From an uncultured Lysobacter sp. (lineage in GTDB: Bacteria; Pseudomonadota; Gammaproteobacteria; Burkholderiales; Usitatibacteraceae): 60,997 bases of DNA. The notes beneath the pieces are model-generated. The model did no database searches. It was not told where the DNA came from and saw only the letters and a list, made by a program, of their open reading frames with translations. The position numbers and the translations under genes were made by a program. The stretch is from the NCBI GenBank assembly GCA_964576455.1, contig CAZNWZ010000001.1, forward strand, positions 1-60,997. The letters run 5' to 3'. How positions within the stretch are numbered: position 1 is the stretch's first letter; the number at the start of each line of letters is the position of its first letter. This document shows positions 9,431 to 17,228 of this stretch, piece by piece.

Positions 9431-9556
9431 CGGTAGCCTCGCCTTGCGTGGGCGGTCCGCGAGGCATTCTAGGGAGTCGGCGGGTCGTCAGCAATCGCGG
9501 AATGTGGCATAGAATCGCCGGCAGTCCGCCTGGACGGACGCCCACGAGAGGCCCCG

Positions 9557-11785
9557 TTGCGCACGCCGCTCCTGCCCGTCGCACTCCTGTTCGCGGTCCT
9601 GTCGGCAGTGACGGCCCTGGCGGCGCCGCGCGCCGCGGATCCGTCCGCCGCGGCAACGGCCGCGCCCGCCGACGGCGTGCGGCGCACGCCGTTCACGCAC
9701 TTCGGCGCGCGTCCCGTGCTGGAGCTGCGCGGCGATGCCGGCGCCGCCACGCTCGACTTCGGCCTGCGGGCCGACGAGCTCGTCACGCGCGCGGTCCTGC
9801 GCTTCCGGTACGCGTACTCGCCGGCCCTCGCGCCCTCGCAGTCCCACATCCGCCTCACGCTCAACGACCAGGTCGTGGGGCTCCTGCCCGTTTCCGCGGA
9901 CGGGGCGGGCCGTCCGGCGGAACACGCCGTGGACGTGGACCCGCGCCTCCTCGCCGGCGACAACCGGCTCGTGATGGCCCTCGTCGCGCAGCGCGCGGCC
10001 GGCCCCGGGGATGCCGCCCGCCCGGGACTGTGGGCGGACATCAGCGGCGCCAGCGAGCTGGAGACGGGCGTGCGGCCCCTGACGCTCGCCGACGATCTCG
10101 CGCGGCTGCCGGAGCCCTTCTTCGACCGGCGCGACCACCGGCGCGTCACGGTGCCGTTCGCCTTCGCGGCGTCGCCGTCGCTTCCCGCGCTGCGATCGGC
10201 CGCGGTGGTGGCCTCGTGGCTCGGGCAGCTCGCGGCCTGGCGCGGCGCCCGCTTCCCCGTGCGCTTCGGCGAGGCGCCGTCCGGCCACGCGGTCGTGTTC
10301 GCCGCCAACGGCGAGCGCCCGCCTTTCCTGGCCGCGCTCGCGCCCGCCGACGGCCCGCAGCTTCGCCTCATGACGAACCCGGCCGATGGCCACTCCAAGC
10401 TGCTGCTCGTGCTCGGGCGCGACGGCAACGACCTGGAGACGGCGGCCGTCGCGCTGGTCCTGGGGCAAGGCGCCCTGTCCGGGGCCGTGGCGGGCATCCG
10501 CGACGTGCGGACGGGGGCGCCGCGGCAGCCGTACGACGCGCCGCGCTGGGTGCGCGTGGACCGGGCGATGAAGTTCGCGGAGCTGACCGACTGGCCGCAG
10601 CAGCTCGAGGCCGCGGGGCGGGCGCCGCAGGCCGGCCCCGTCCGCGTGAGCCTGCGCGTGCCGCCGGACCTCGTGGCCTGGCGAAGCGCCGGCGTGCCCA
10701 TGACCGTGAAGTACCGCGTCACGCCGCCCGCGTGCGCGGGCGAGGGCCGGCTGCTGGTGAACATCAACGACGAGCTGCTGCAGGACGTGAGCCTCGCCGG
10801 CCCGGGCGCGGCCTCGCCGCAGCCTGCGGCGATCGCGGGCGCCGCCGGGATCGTGGTGCCCGCCTACCGCCTTCGCAGCCGCAGCGAGCTGCAGTTCCTC
10901 TTCCGGTTCGAGATGCGCGGCGACGGCGCCTGCCGCGACGCGCCACCGGCCCCGGTGCGCGCGGCCGTCGATGCCGACTCCACGATCGACTTCTCGGGCT
11001 TCCCGCACTACGCCGAGATGCCCCACCTCGGCCACTTCGCCGCCGTCGGCTTTCCGTTCACGCGCCACGCCGACCTGTCGCAGACGGTCGCGGTGCTGCC
11101 GGAGCGGCCCTCGCCGCCGGACGTCGAGGCGCTGCTCGCGCTCATGGGCCGCATGGGGGAATCGACGGGCCTGCCGGCCACGGGCGTTCGCGTCGCCGGC
11201 GCGCGCGACGAGGCCGCGCTCGCCGACGCCGACCTCCTGGTGATCGGCGCCGCCTCGCGGCAGGCGCTCCTCGAGCGCTGGAGCGAGCGCCTGCCGGTGG
11301 CCCTGGCCGGCGGGACGCGGCGGGTGAGCCAGCCCCTGCGGCGCAGCGCGGGGATTTCCGACTGGGTCGGCCTCGGGCGGGCGGAGGCGGGGGTGGCGGC
11401 GACCGTGCGCCTGGACGGCGAGGGCCCGCTCGCGGCGCTCCTGGGCTTCGAGTCGCCGCTCACGCCGGGTCGCAGCGTGGTGGCGCTCACGGCCGCCGCC
11501 CCGGACCAGCTCGCGAGCGTGCTCGACGCGATGGACGATCGCGAGCTTCGCCGCGCGATGCTCGGCAGCGCCGTCCTGGTCCACCCGGAGAAGGTCGAGA
11601 GCCTGCGCGTGGGCGCGGCGTACGCCATCGGCTTCCTGCCGCCCTGGGCGGGGCTGTGGTACCGGCTCTCCGACTACCCGGTCACGCTCGCGGTGACGGC
11701 CGCGATCGTGCTCCTCGTCCTCGCCTGGGCCGCGTGGCGGATGAAGCGGGCGAGGCAGGCCCGGCGGGCATGCGCGCCGTCCTGA
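9557..11785 (+). CDS. bcsB: Cellulose synthase regulatory/periplasmic subunit BcsB, paralogue 1, 742 aa
   Basis: The gene has a TTG start with GAGAGG 6 nt upstream and a signal peptide ending ALAAP. BcsB-like strings include LRFRYAYSPALAPSQSHIRLTLNDQVVG, and there is a single C-terminal TM anchor (VTLAVTAAIVLLVLAWAAW). GC is very high. Confidence 0.75.
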   Translation: MRTPLLPVALLFAVLSAVTALAAPRAADPSAAATAAPADGVRRTPFTHFGARPVLELRGDAGAATLDFGLRADELVTRAVLRFRYAYSPALAPSQSHIRLTLNDQVVGLLPVSADGAGRPAEHAVDVDPRLLAGDNRLVMALVAQRAAGPGDAARPGLWADISGASELETGVRPLTLADDLARLPEPFFDRRDHRRVTVPFAFAASPSLPALRSAAVVASWLGQLAAWRGARFPVRFGEAPSGHAVVFAANGERPPFLAALAPADGPQLRLMTNPADGHSKLLLVLGRDGNDLETAAVALVLGQGALSGAVAGIRDVRTGAPRQPYDAPRWVRVDRAMKFAELTDWPQQLEAAGRAPQAGPVRVSLRVPPDLVAWRSAGVPMTVKYRVTPPACAGEGRLLVNINDELLQDVSLAGPGAASPQPAAIAGAAGIVVPAYRLRSRSELQFLFRFEMRGDGACRDAPPAPVRAAVDADSTIDFSGFPHYAEMPHLGHFAAVGFPFTRHADLSQTVAVLPERPSPPDVEALLALMGRMGESTGLPATGVRVAGARDEAALADADLLVIGAASRQALLERWSERLPVALAGGTRRVSQPLRRSAGISDWVGLGRAEAGVAATVRLDGEGPLAALLGFESPLTPGRSVVALTAAAPDQLASVLDAMDDRELRRAMLGSAVLVHPEKVESLRVGAAYAIGFLPPWAGLWYRLSDYPVTLAVTAAIVLLVLAWAAWRMKRARQARRACAPS

Positions 11786-14700
11786 GCGCCCTCGCGCTCG
11801 CGCTCGCGCTGGCGCCGGCCGCGAGGGCCGCCACGGTCGAGGAGGAGTCCGCGGCGCTCCTCGAGCGCGCCGCGCTCTGGCAATCGCGCTACCGCGACGA
11901 CCTCGCGCGCGATGCGCTCGACCGGCTCTTCCGCCTCGACGCCAACCACCCCGAGGGCCTGCTGCTGCTCGCGCGCATCCAGCTTCGCGCCGGGCAGGAG
12001 GCGGAGGCCGAGCGCACCTACGAGCGGCTGCGCAAGGCGCACCCGAACCACGCGGCGGCGAAGCAGCTGGCGGCGCTCCTGAGGATCCGCGGCCCGGACA
12101 GGGAGAAGTACCGCCAGGCGCAGCAGCTTGCCCGGGCCGGCCATGCCGAGGAGGCGGCGAAGGCCTACCGGGCGCTCTTTCCGGACGGCCCGCCCGACGA
12201 CGAGCTCGCGCTCGAGTACGCGCTCGTCCTCGCCGCGACCGACGGGGGCTGGGACGCGGCGCGGGCGCAGCTCGCGCAGCTCGCCGCGCGGCACCCCGAC
12301 GACCCGCGCTACCGCCTCGCCTACGCGTCGCACCTGAGCACGCGCAAGCCCGTGGCCGCCGAGACCTTTCGCGCGCTGCGCGAGCTGGCGGCGGAGCCGG
12401 CGGTGGCGAAGCCGGCGCGCGAAGCGTGGCGCCGCGCCGTCCTGAGGCTCGACGCGGTCGAGGAGAGCCTGCCGCCGCTGCGGGAATACGTCGCGGGCAA
12501 TCCCGACGATGCCACGGCGCGGGAGCGGCTCGCGGCCGTCGCGCAGGCCGTCGAGCGCCAGCGCCGCCTGGAGACCGATCCCGGCTACCGCGCCCGGCGC
12601 GAGGGCCTCGCGCACCTCGAGGCGGGCCGCCTCGACGAGGCCCGCGATCGCCTGCAGGTAGCGGTGACCGCGCACCCGGACGACGCGGAGGCGGCCGGCG
12701 CCCTGGGGATCGTCCTGATGCGCCAGGGGCGGCACGGCCAGGCGCACGAGTTCCTCCGCGAGGCCGCGCGGCTCGACGCCTCCGGGCGCGCCAAGTGGGA
12801 GGAACTCGCGCGAACCGCGCGCTTCTGGGACCTCGTGGGCCAGGCCGGCGCCGCGCGGCAGGCGGGCCGGCCCGAGCTCGCCGAGCGCCACTACCGGGAA
12901 GCGCTCGCGCTCGACCCGGCCAACGCCACCGCGCTCGAGGGACTCGCCGCCGTGCTGCTGCAGGCCGGCCGCGACGCCGAGGTCGTCGCGATGCTCGACC
13001 GGCTTCCGGCCGGGAGCCGGAGCGAAGTCGCCCGCGCCGTCGATGGCGTGCGCGCGGGACGGCTGCGCGACGAGGCGAAGCGGCTCCAGGAGCAGGGCCG
13101 CGCCGCCGAGGCCGTCGCGGCGCTCGAGCGCGCGGCTTCGCTCGACCCCGCGGACCCGTGGCTGCGCCTGGACCTCGCGCGCCTGTACGCCGCGGGCGGC
13201 GAGCCCGCGCGCGGGGAGGCGCTCTTCGACGCGCTCCTCGCGCGGCGACCGCGAGATGCCGACGCGCGGTTCGCGACGGCCCTCTACCTCTCGGGCGTCG
13301 ATCGCGAATCGCAGGCGCTGGCGGTCCTGGAGCCCGTCGCGGAGGCCGGGCGCACGGCCGGCATGACGAGCCTGCAGCGCCGCCTGTGGGTGTCGGTGCA
13401 GGGCCGGCGCGCCGAGGCGCTCGCGCGCCAGGGCAGGAGCGCGGAATCGGCGCGCCTGCTCGCCGCCGCGGAAAGAGCCGTCGGCGACGACGCGGAGCTC
13501 GCGCTCGAAATCGCCTCCGCCCACGTGCAGATCGGCGACTTCGCCGCCGCGCGCGCGCTCCTCGATCGCCTTTCGGCGCCGCCCGCGCAACCGCCGCTGG
13601 ACTGGCGGATCGGGCAGGCGAGGCTGCTCAACCGCATGCAGGCCGATGCCGAGCTGGGCGCGCTGCTGGAGAATCTCGCGCCGGCCGGCCCGAAGACGCC
13701 GGCGCAGGAGCGCGAGCTTGCGGACCTGAAGCGCTGGCTCGCGTGGCGGCAGGCGGCCGCGCTTCGCCAGGCGGGACGCTCCGCCGAGGCGGCCGACGCC
13801 TATCGCGCGATCCTCGGCGAGCGGCCCGGCGACACCGACGCCGCGATCGCCCTCGCGGAGGTCCTCGTGGAGCGGGGCGAGCATGAGGCCGCGCGGCCGC
13901 TCGTCGACGCCGCCCTGGCCGCGAGTCCCGAGGATCCCGGGGCGCTCGCCGTCGCGGCGCGGCTCGCCCTCGCGGACGGGGCGCCGGAACAGGCGATCGC
14001 GCTCGAGCAGCGCTCGCGGGCCGCACGCCTCGCGCGCCGCGCGTCCGAGGCCGGCCTGTCCGCGCTCTCGCGGCCGTCCGTCCCGGGCGGGCCCTTCGTC
14101 GTCGAGGCGGCCCCCGCGGCGGCCCTCGCGAAGGAACAGGGCTATCCCGGCGAGCACCGCCGCCTCGCCGAGCTCCTGGACCGGCGCTCGCCCCTCTTTT
14201 CCTCCGCCCTCGACTGGCGCTACCGCGCCGGCACCAGCGGCAAGTCGCAGGTGAGCGCACAGGAGCTGCCCCTGGAGTGGCGCGAGAACGCCGTGGGCGA
14301 CTTCCAGTGGTTCGTGCGCGCCGAGCCCGCGCGCGTGAACGCCGGCGCCCTCGACCTGGCGGACACGGCGGAGGCCGCCACCTTCGGCAGCGTCCTCCTG
14401 TGCCAGCCGCCGTGCGCAACCGGCTCCGTGGCGCAGCTCGAGACGGGCGTGGCCTTCGGCGCGGGGCTGGAGCGGCCGGGGCTGCGCGTCGATGCAGGCT
14501 CGAGCCCCGCGGGCTTCCCGGTGGTCAATTTCCTGGGCGGGCTGCTCTACCGGGGCGACCTGGGGCCGGCGTCGTATTCCATCGACGTCTCGCGCCGGCC
14601 CGTCACCAGCAGCCTGCTGTCGTGGTCCGGCACGCAGGATCCCCGCACGGGCCGCACCTGGGGCGGCGTCGTGGCCACCGGCGTGCGGCTGGGCGTGGCG

Positions 14701-15336
14701 CGCGACAGCGGCGGCGAGTACGGCGCGTGGGGCTCGCTCGGCCTGCACCGGCTCGACGGCCGCGACGTGCTCGCGAACGACCGGGCGCAGCTCATGGCGG
14801 GGGGCTACCGCCGGTTCGTGAACGAGGAGGACCGCCAGCTCACGCTGGGGCTCACGGGCATGTGGTGGCGGCACGCCGAGAACGCGGGCGAGTTCACCTT
14901 CGGTCACGGGGGCTACTACAGCCCGCGCACGTACCGCTCGCTCGCGATCCCCGTCGCCTACGCCTTCCGCACGCCGCTCACCTCGTTCGCGGTGCGCGCG
15001 TCGGTGTCGGTGGCGTGGTCCGAGTTCGACCGCGCGCCGTTCTTCCCCACCGATCCGGCGCTGCAGGCGCAGGCCGAGGCGCTCGCGCCCTTCACCGGCG
15101 TCGATCCGTTCCACGCCGGCGGCGACCAGGGTCGCAGCTACGGCCGCGCGCTGGGCGCGGCCGTGGAGCACCAGCTGCTGCCGGGGCTCTTCGTCGGCGC
15201 GCGCGCCGAGCTGGAGCGCTCGACCAACTACACGCCGAACCGCTTCCTGCTCTACCTTCGCTTCCTGGCCGACCGGCCGTCGGCCCGCCCGGTGGCGCTC
15301 CCGCCGGAGCCGGTACTGCCGGGCTCGCAGTACTGA
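11770..15336 (+). CDS. bcsC: Cellulose synthase operon protein C (TPR-rich periplasmic region plus outer-membrane beta-barrel), 1188 aa
   Basis: An internal in-frame ATG of the 1962-aa ORF gives the signal peptide MRAVLSALALALALAPAARA. A long run of TPR-like repeats is followed by a Gly/Tyr/Trp-rich C-terminal barrel-like part. The start overlaps the bcsB stop by 16 nt. Confidence 0.8.
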   Translation: MRAVLSALALALALAPAARAATVEEESAALLERAALWQSRYRDDLARDALDRLFRLDANHPEGLLLLARIQLRAGQEAEAERTYERLRKAHPNHAAAKQLAALLRIRGPDREKYRQAQQLARAGHAEEAAKAYRALFPDGPPDDELALEYALVLAATDGGWDAARAQLAQLAARHPDDPRYRLAYASHLSTRKPVAAETFRALRELAAEPAVAKPAREAWRRAVLRLDAVEESLPPLREYVAGNPDDATARERLAAVAQAVERQRRLETDPGYRARREGLAHLEAGRLDEARDRLQVAVTAHPDDAEAAGALGIVLMRQGRHGQAHEFLREAARLDASGRAKWEELARTARFWDLVGQAGAARQAGRPELAERHYREALALDPANATALEGLAAVLLQAGRDAEVVAMLDRLPAGSRSEVARAVDGVRAGRLRDEAKRLQEQGRAAEAVAALERAASLDPADPWLRLDLARLYAAGGEPARGEALFDALLARRPRDADARFATALYLSGVDRESQALAVLEPVAEAGRTAGMTSLQRRLWVSVQGRRAEALARQGRSAESARLLAAAERAVGDDAELALEIASAHVQIGDFAAARALLDRLSAPPAQPPLDWRIGQARLLNRMQADAELGALLENLAPAGPKTPAQERELADLKRWLAWRQAAALRQAGRSAEAADAYRAILGERPGDTDAAIALAEVLVERGEHEAARPLVDAALAASPEDPGALAVAARLALADGAPEQAIALEQRSRAARLARRASEAGLSALSRPSVPGGPFVVEAAPAAALAKEQGYPGEHRRLAELLDRRSPLFSSALDWRYRAGTSGKSQVSAQELPLEWRENAVGDFQWFVRAEPARVNAGALDLADTAEAATFGSVLLCQPPCATGSVAQLETGVAFGAGLERPGLRVDAGSSPAGFPVVNFLGGLLYRGDLGPASYSIDVSRRPVTSSLLSWSGTQDPRTGRTWGGVVATGVRLGVARDSGGEYGAWGSLGLHRLDGRDVLANDRAQLMAGGYRRFVNEEDRQLTLGLTGMWWRHAENAGEFTFGHGGYYSPRTYRSLAIPVAYAFRTPLTSFAVRASVSVAWSEFDRAPFFPTDPALQAQAEALAPFTGVDPFHAGGDQGRSYGRALGAAVEHQLLPGLFVGARAELERSTNYTPNRFLLYLRFLADRPSARPVALPPEPVLPGSQY

Positions 15337-15349
15337 TGGAGGAACGGAC

Positions 15350-15700
15350 GTGAGGACCCCCAGGCTCCTGCCCCTGCTCGCCGCGCTCGCGGGGATCGCG
15401 TGCCCGGCCGCGGCGAAGGAGGGCCGCCCACCCGGATTCGATCCCTACGATCCCGCGGCCCTCAACGAGGCGGCCGCCGAAAGCGCGCGGCACGGCGACC
15501 TGCGGACGGCGTGGATCCTCCTCGAGCGCGCCGCGAGGATCGCGCCCTTCGACGCGCGCATCGTCCGCAACCGCGACGAAGTGCGCGCGCATCGCGAGGC
15601 CTCGCCGGCGACGGCGGCGCCGATGGCGCCCGCGGCACCGGCCTCCGCGGCTTCCCCCCTCCCGCCGGAGCCGCCGGCCCTGTGGCCGCGCAAGCCATGA
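15350..15700 (+). CDS. Hypothetical small secreted protein (one TPR-like helix pair, Pro/Ala-rich tail), 116 aa
   Basis: The start is GTG with GGAGGA 7 nt upstream, and the signal peptide is MRTPRLLPLLAALAGIACPAAA. The stop overlaps the bcsZ ATG (ATGA). I recognise no family. Confidence 0.55.
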   Translation: MRTPRLLPLLAALAGIACPAAAKEGRPPGFDPYDPAALNEAAAESARHGDLRTAWILLERAARIAPFDARIVRNRDEVRAHREASPATAAPMAPAAPASAASPLPPEPPALWPRKP

Positions 15701-16743
15701 ACGCACCGGCCGTCGCCCGGCTCGCGGCCTTCGCGATCGTGAAACTCGCGTTCGCGCTCTGCGCGCCGGTTGCCGTGGCGGCCGATGCGGACTGGACGAC
15801 CTTCAAGGAGGCCTTCGTCGCCGAGGACGGCCGCGTGGTCGATGCCGGCCAGGGGGGAATCAGCCATTCGGAGGGGCAGGGATACGCGATGTTGTTCGCG
15901 ACGGCGCACGGCGACCGCGCCGCCTTCGAGCGCCTGTGGGACTGGACGAGGCGCAACCTCCAGGTGCGCGGCGACGGGCTCCTCGCCTGGCGCTGGGAGC
16001 CCTCGCGCGGCGTCACCGACCGCAACAACGCGAGCGACGGCGACCTGCTCGTGGCCTGGGCGCTGCTGCGCGCGGCCGACCAGTGGAAGTCGCCGGAGCA
16101 CCGCGCGGCGGCGCTTCGCATCGCGCAGGACGTGCGGGCGAAGCTGCTGCGGCGCACGGCGCACGGCCTCGTGCTGCTGCCGGGGCTCGAGGGATTCGAG
16201 AAGCCCGAGGGCACGACGGTGAACCTGTCCTACTGGGTCTTCCCGGCGCTGCGCGAGATCGGCCGCGCGGACGCGGCGCCGGAATGGGAGGAGCTCTCCG
16301 CGACCGGCATCGCGATGCTGCGCTATTCCTACTTCGGGCGATGGGCGCTGCCCCCCGACTGGCTGCGCCTGGGCGAGCGCGTGGCGCCCGCCGACGGCCA
16401 TCCCCCCCGGTTCGGCTACGACGCGGTCCGCATCCCCGTGTACCTGATCTGGAGCGGGCGCGAGACGGACGCGCTGCTCAGGCCCTACCGCGAGTTCTGG
16501 GCGTTCTTCGCCGGCGCGCCGTTCCTGCCGGCGTGGACCAACCTGAAGGACGACGGCGTGGACACCCACGGCGCCTCGCCCGGCATCCGCGCGGTGGCGC
16601 AGGCGGTGCGCGACTTCCCGCGCGCCCGGGCGGCGAGCCTGCCGGCGCTGGAGCGCGACGCGGGCTACTACTCGGCGGTGCTGCTCCTGCTCACCAAGGC
16701 GGCGCTGCGCGAGCGCGCGGAAGCGCGCCGCGGCGCTCCCTGA
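15697..16743 (+). CDS. bcsZ: Endo-1,4-beta-glucanase, glycoside hydrolase family 8 (BcsZ), 348 aa
   Basis: It starts at an internal in-frame ATG and has a signal peptide. The GH8 signature is ISHSEGQGYAMLFA, with a NASDGDLLVAWALL region. Confidence 0.85.
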   Translation: MNAPAVARLAAFAIVKLAFALCAPVAVAADADWTTFKEAFVAEDGRVVDAGQGGISHSEGQGYAMLFATAHGDRAAFERLWDWTRRNLQVRGDGLLAWRWEPSRGVTDRNNASDGDLLVAWALLRAADQWKSPEHRAAALRIAQDVRAKLLRRTAHGLVLLPGLEGFEKPEGTTVNLSYWVFPALREIGRADAAPEWEELSATGIAMLRYSYFGRWALPPDWLRLGERVAPADGHPPRFGYDAVRIPVYLIWSGRETDALLRPYREFWAFFAGAPFLPAWTNLKDDGVDTHGASPGIRAVAQAVRDFPRARAASLPALERDAGYYSAVLLLLTKAALRERAEARRGAP

Positions 16744-16859
16744 CCTGCCGGAAGCACCCTTGAAAATTGTGCAATGCCGGGCCAAGCGTGGTAAAAGTCC
16801 GGTCACAAAGTGACGATTTCCGCATCGTTCAATTCCAACAATTGGATCGAGGCGCACGC
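16744..16859 (+). promoter_or_regulatory. GC-poor leader/promoter region upstream of the orf122-bcsA-bcsB operon, with small palindromes
   Basis: The region is GC-poor relative to the surrounding window. It contains TTGAAA (16760..16765), the palindromes AATTGTGCAATT-like (16765..16775), GTCAC-AAA-GTGAC (16802..16814) and CCAA-CAA-TTGG (16833..16843), and a GAGG Shine-Dalgarno 7 nt before ATG 16860. I could not identify a clean -35/-10 pair. Confidence 0.35.
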
Positions 16860-17228
16860 ATGGGAGGCTCGCGCAACGAAGAGGAAGCCGACGGCTGCCG
16901 CTTGCTCGCGGCGCGGGCCGCCTGCGCCGCCGCCGCGACCGCGACCGGGATTTCCGCGTTCGCCGCCCTTCCGGAGCCCCCCCGGCACCGCCCCGGATTC
17001 ACGGGCGCGGTGGGAACCGTCGTGCAGTTCCAGGAATCGAGCGGCGGCGGGATCCTCTACCGCGAGGAGATGGGCGGGATGATCCTGCCCGTCTCGCCCG
17101 CCGTGGCGGGCAGCGGCCGGGTGGCGCTTCCCCCGCTCGAGCCGCGCCCGGCACCGCCGCCGGGACCTCCCGCCGCACGCGCCGCGGCCGCAAGCCCGCC
17201 GGCCGGCGGCGCTCCGGTGAAGCGGTGA
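16860..17228 (+). CDS. Hypothetical Ala/Pro-rich protein translationally coupled to bcsA, 122 aa
   Basis: The ATG has a GAGG SD, and high third-position GC begins only from this ATG (the upstream TTG-initiated part of ORF 16767 has low GC3). The stop TGA overlaps the bcsA GTG (GTGA). The C-terminus is proline-rich (PLEPRPAPPPGPP). Confidence 0.5.
   Translation: MGGSRNEEEADGCRLLAARAACAAAATATGISAFAALPEPPRHRPGFTGAVGTVVQFQESSGGGILYREEMGGMILPVSPAVAGSGRVALPPLEPRPAPPPGPPAARAAAASPPAGGAPVKR

Noticed and set aside
9504-9518. A sigma54-like TGGCAT-N5-CGC motif in the bcsG/bcsB1 divergent spacer.
   Set aside because: The GG-to-GC spacing is one nt short of the -24/-12 consensus, the -12 element lacks TTGC, and no enhancer-binding protein gene is nearby. 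The overlapping TAGAAT (9510..9515) is a plausible sigma70 -10 box but has no good -35, so I did not list it as a feature.
9448-11769. The N-terminal 774 aa of the 1962-aa ORF 9448..15336, which would make a giant fusion overlapping bcsB1.
   Set aside because: This part is an Arg/Gly/Pro-rich low-complexity translation in a frame overlapping the well-supported bcsB1 frame. That is typical of stop-poor alternative frames in high-GC DNA. A proper signal peptide and BcsC-like sequence begin only at ATG 11770.
16767-16859. The TTG start at 16767 for the ORF upstream of bcsA (the 153-aa version).
   Set aside because: The first 31 codons have low third-position GC, unlike every real gene here, and they lie in the GC-poor leader. 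ATG 16860 has an SD and marks the switch to coding-like composition.
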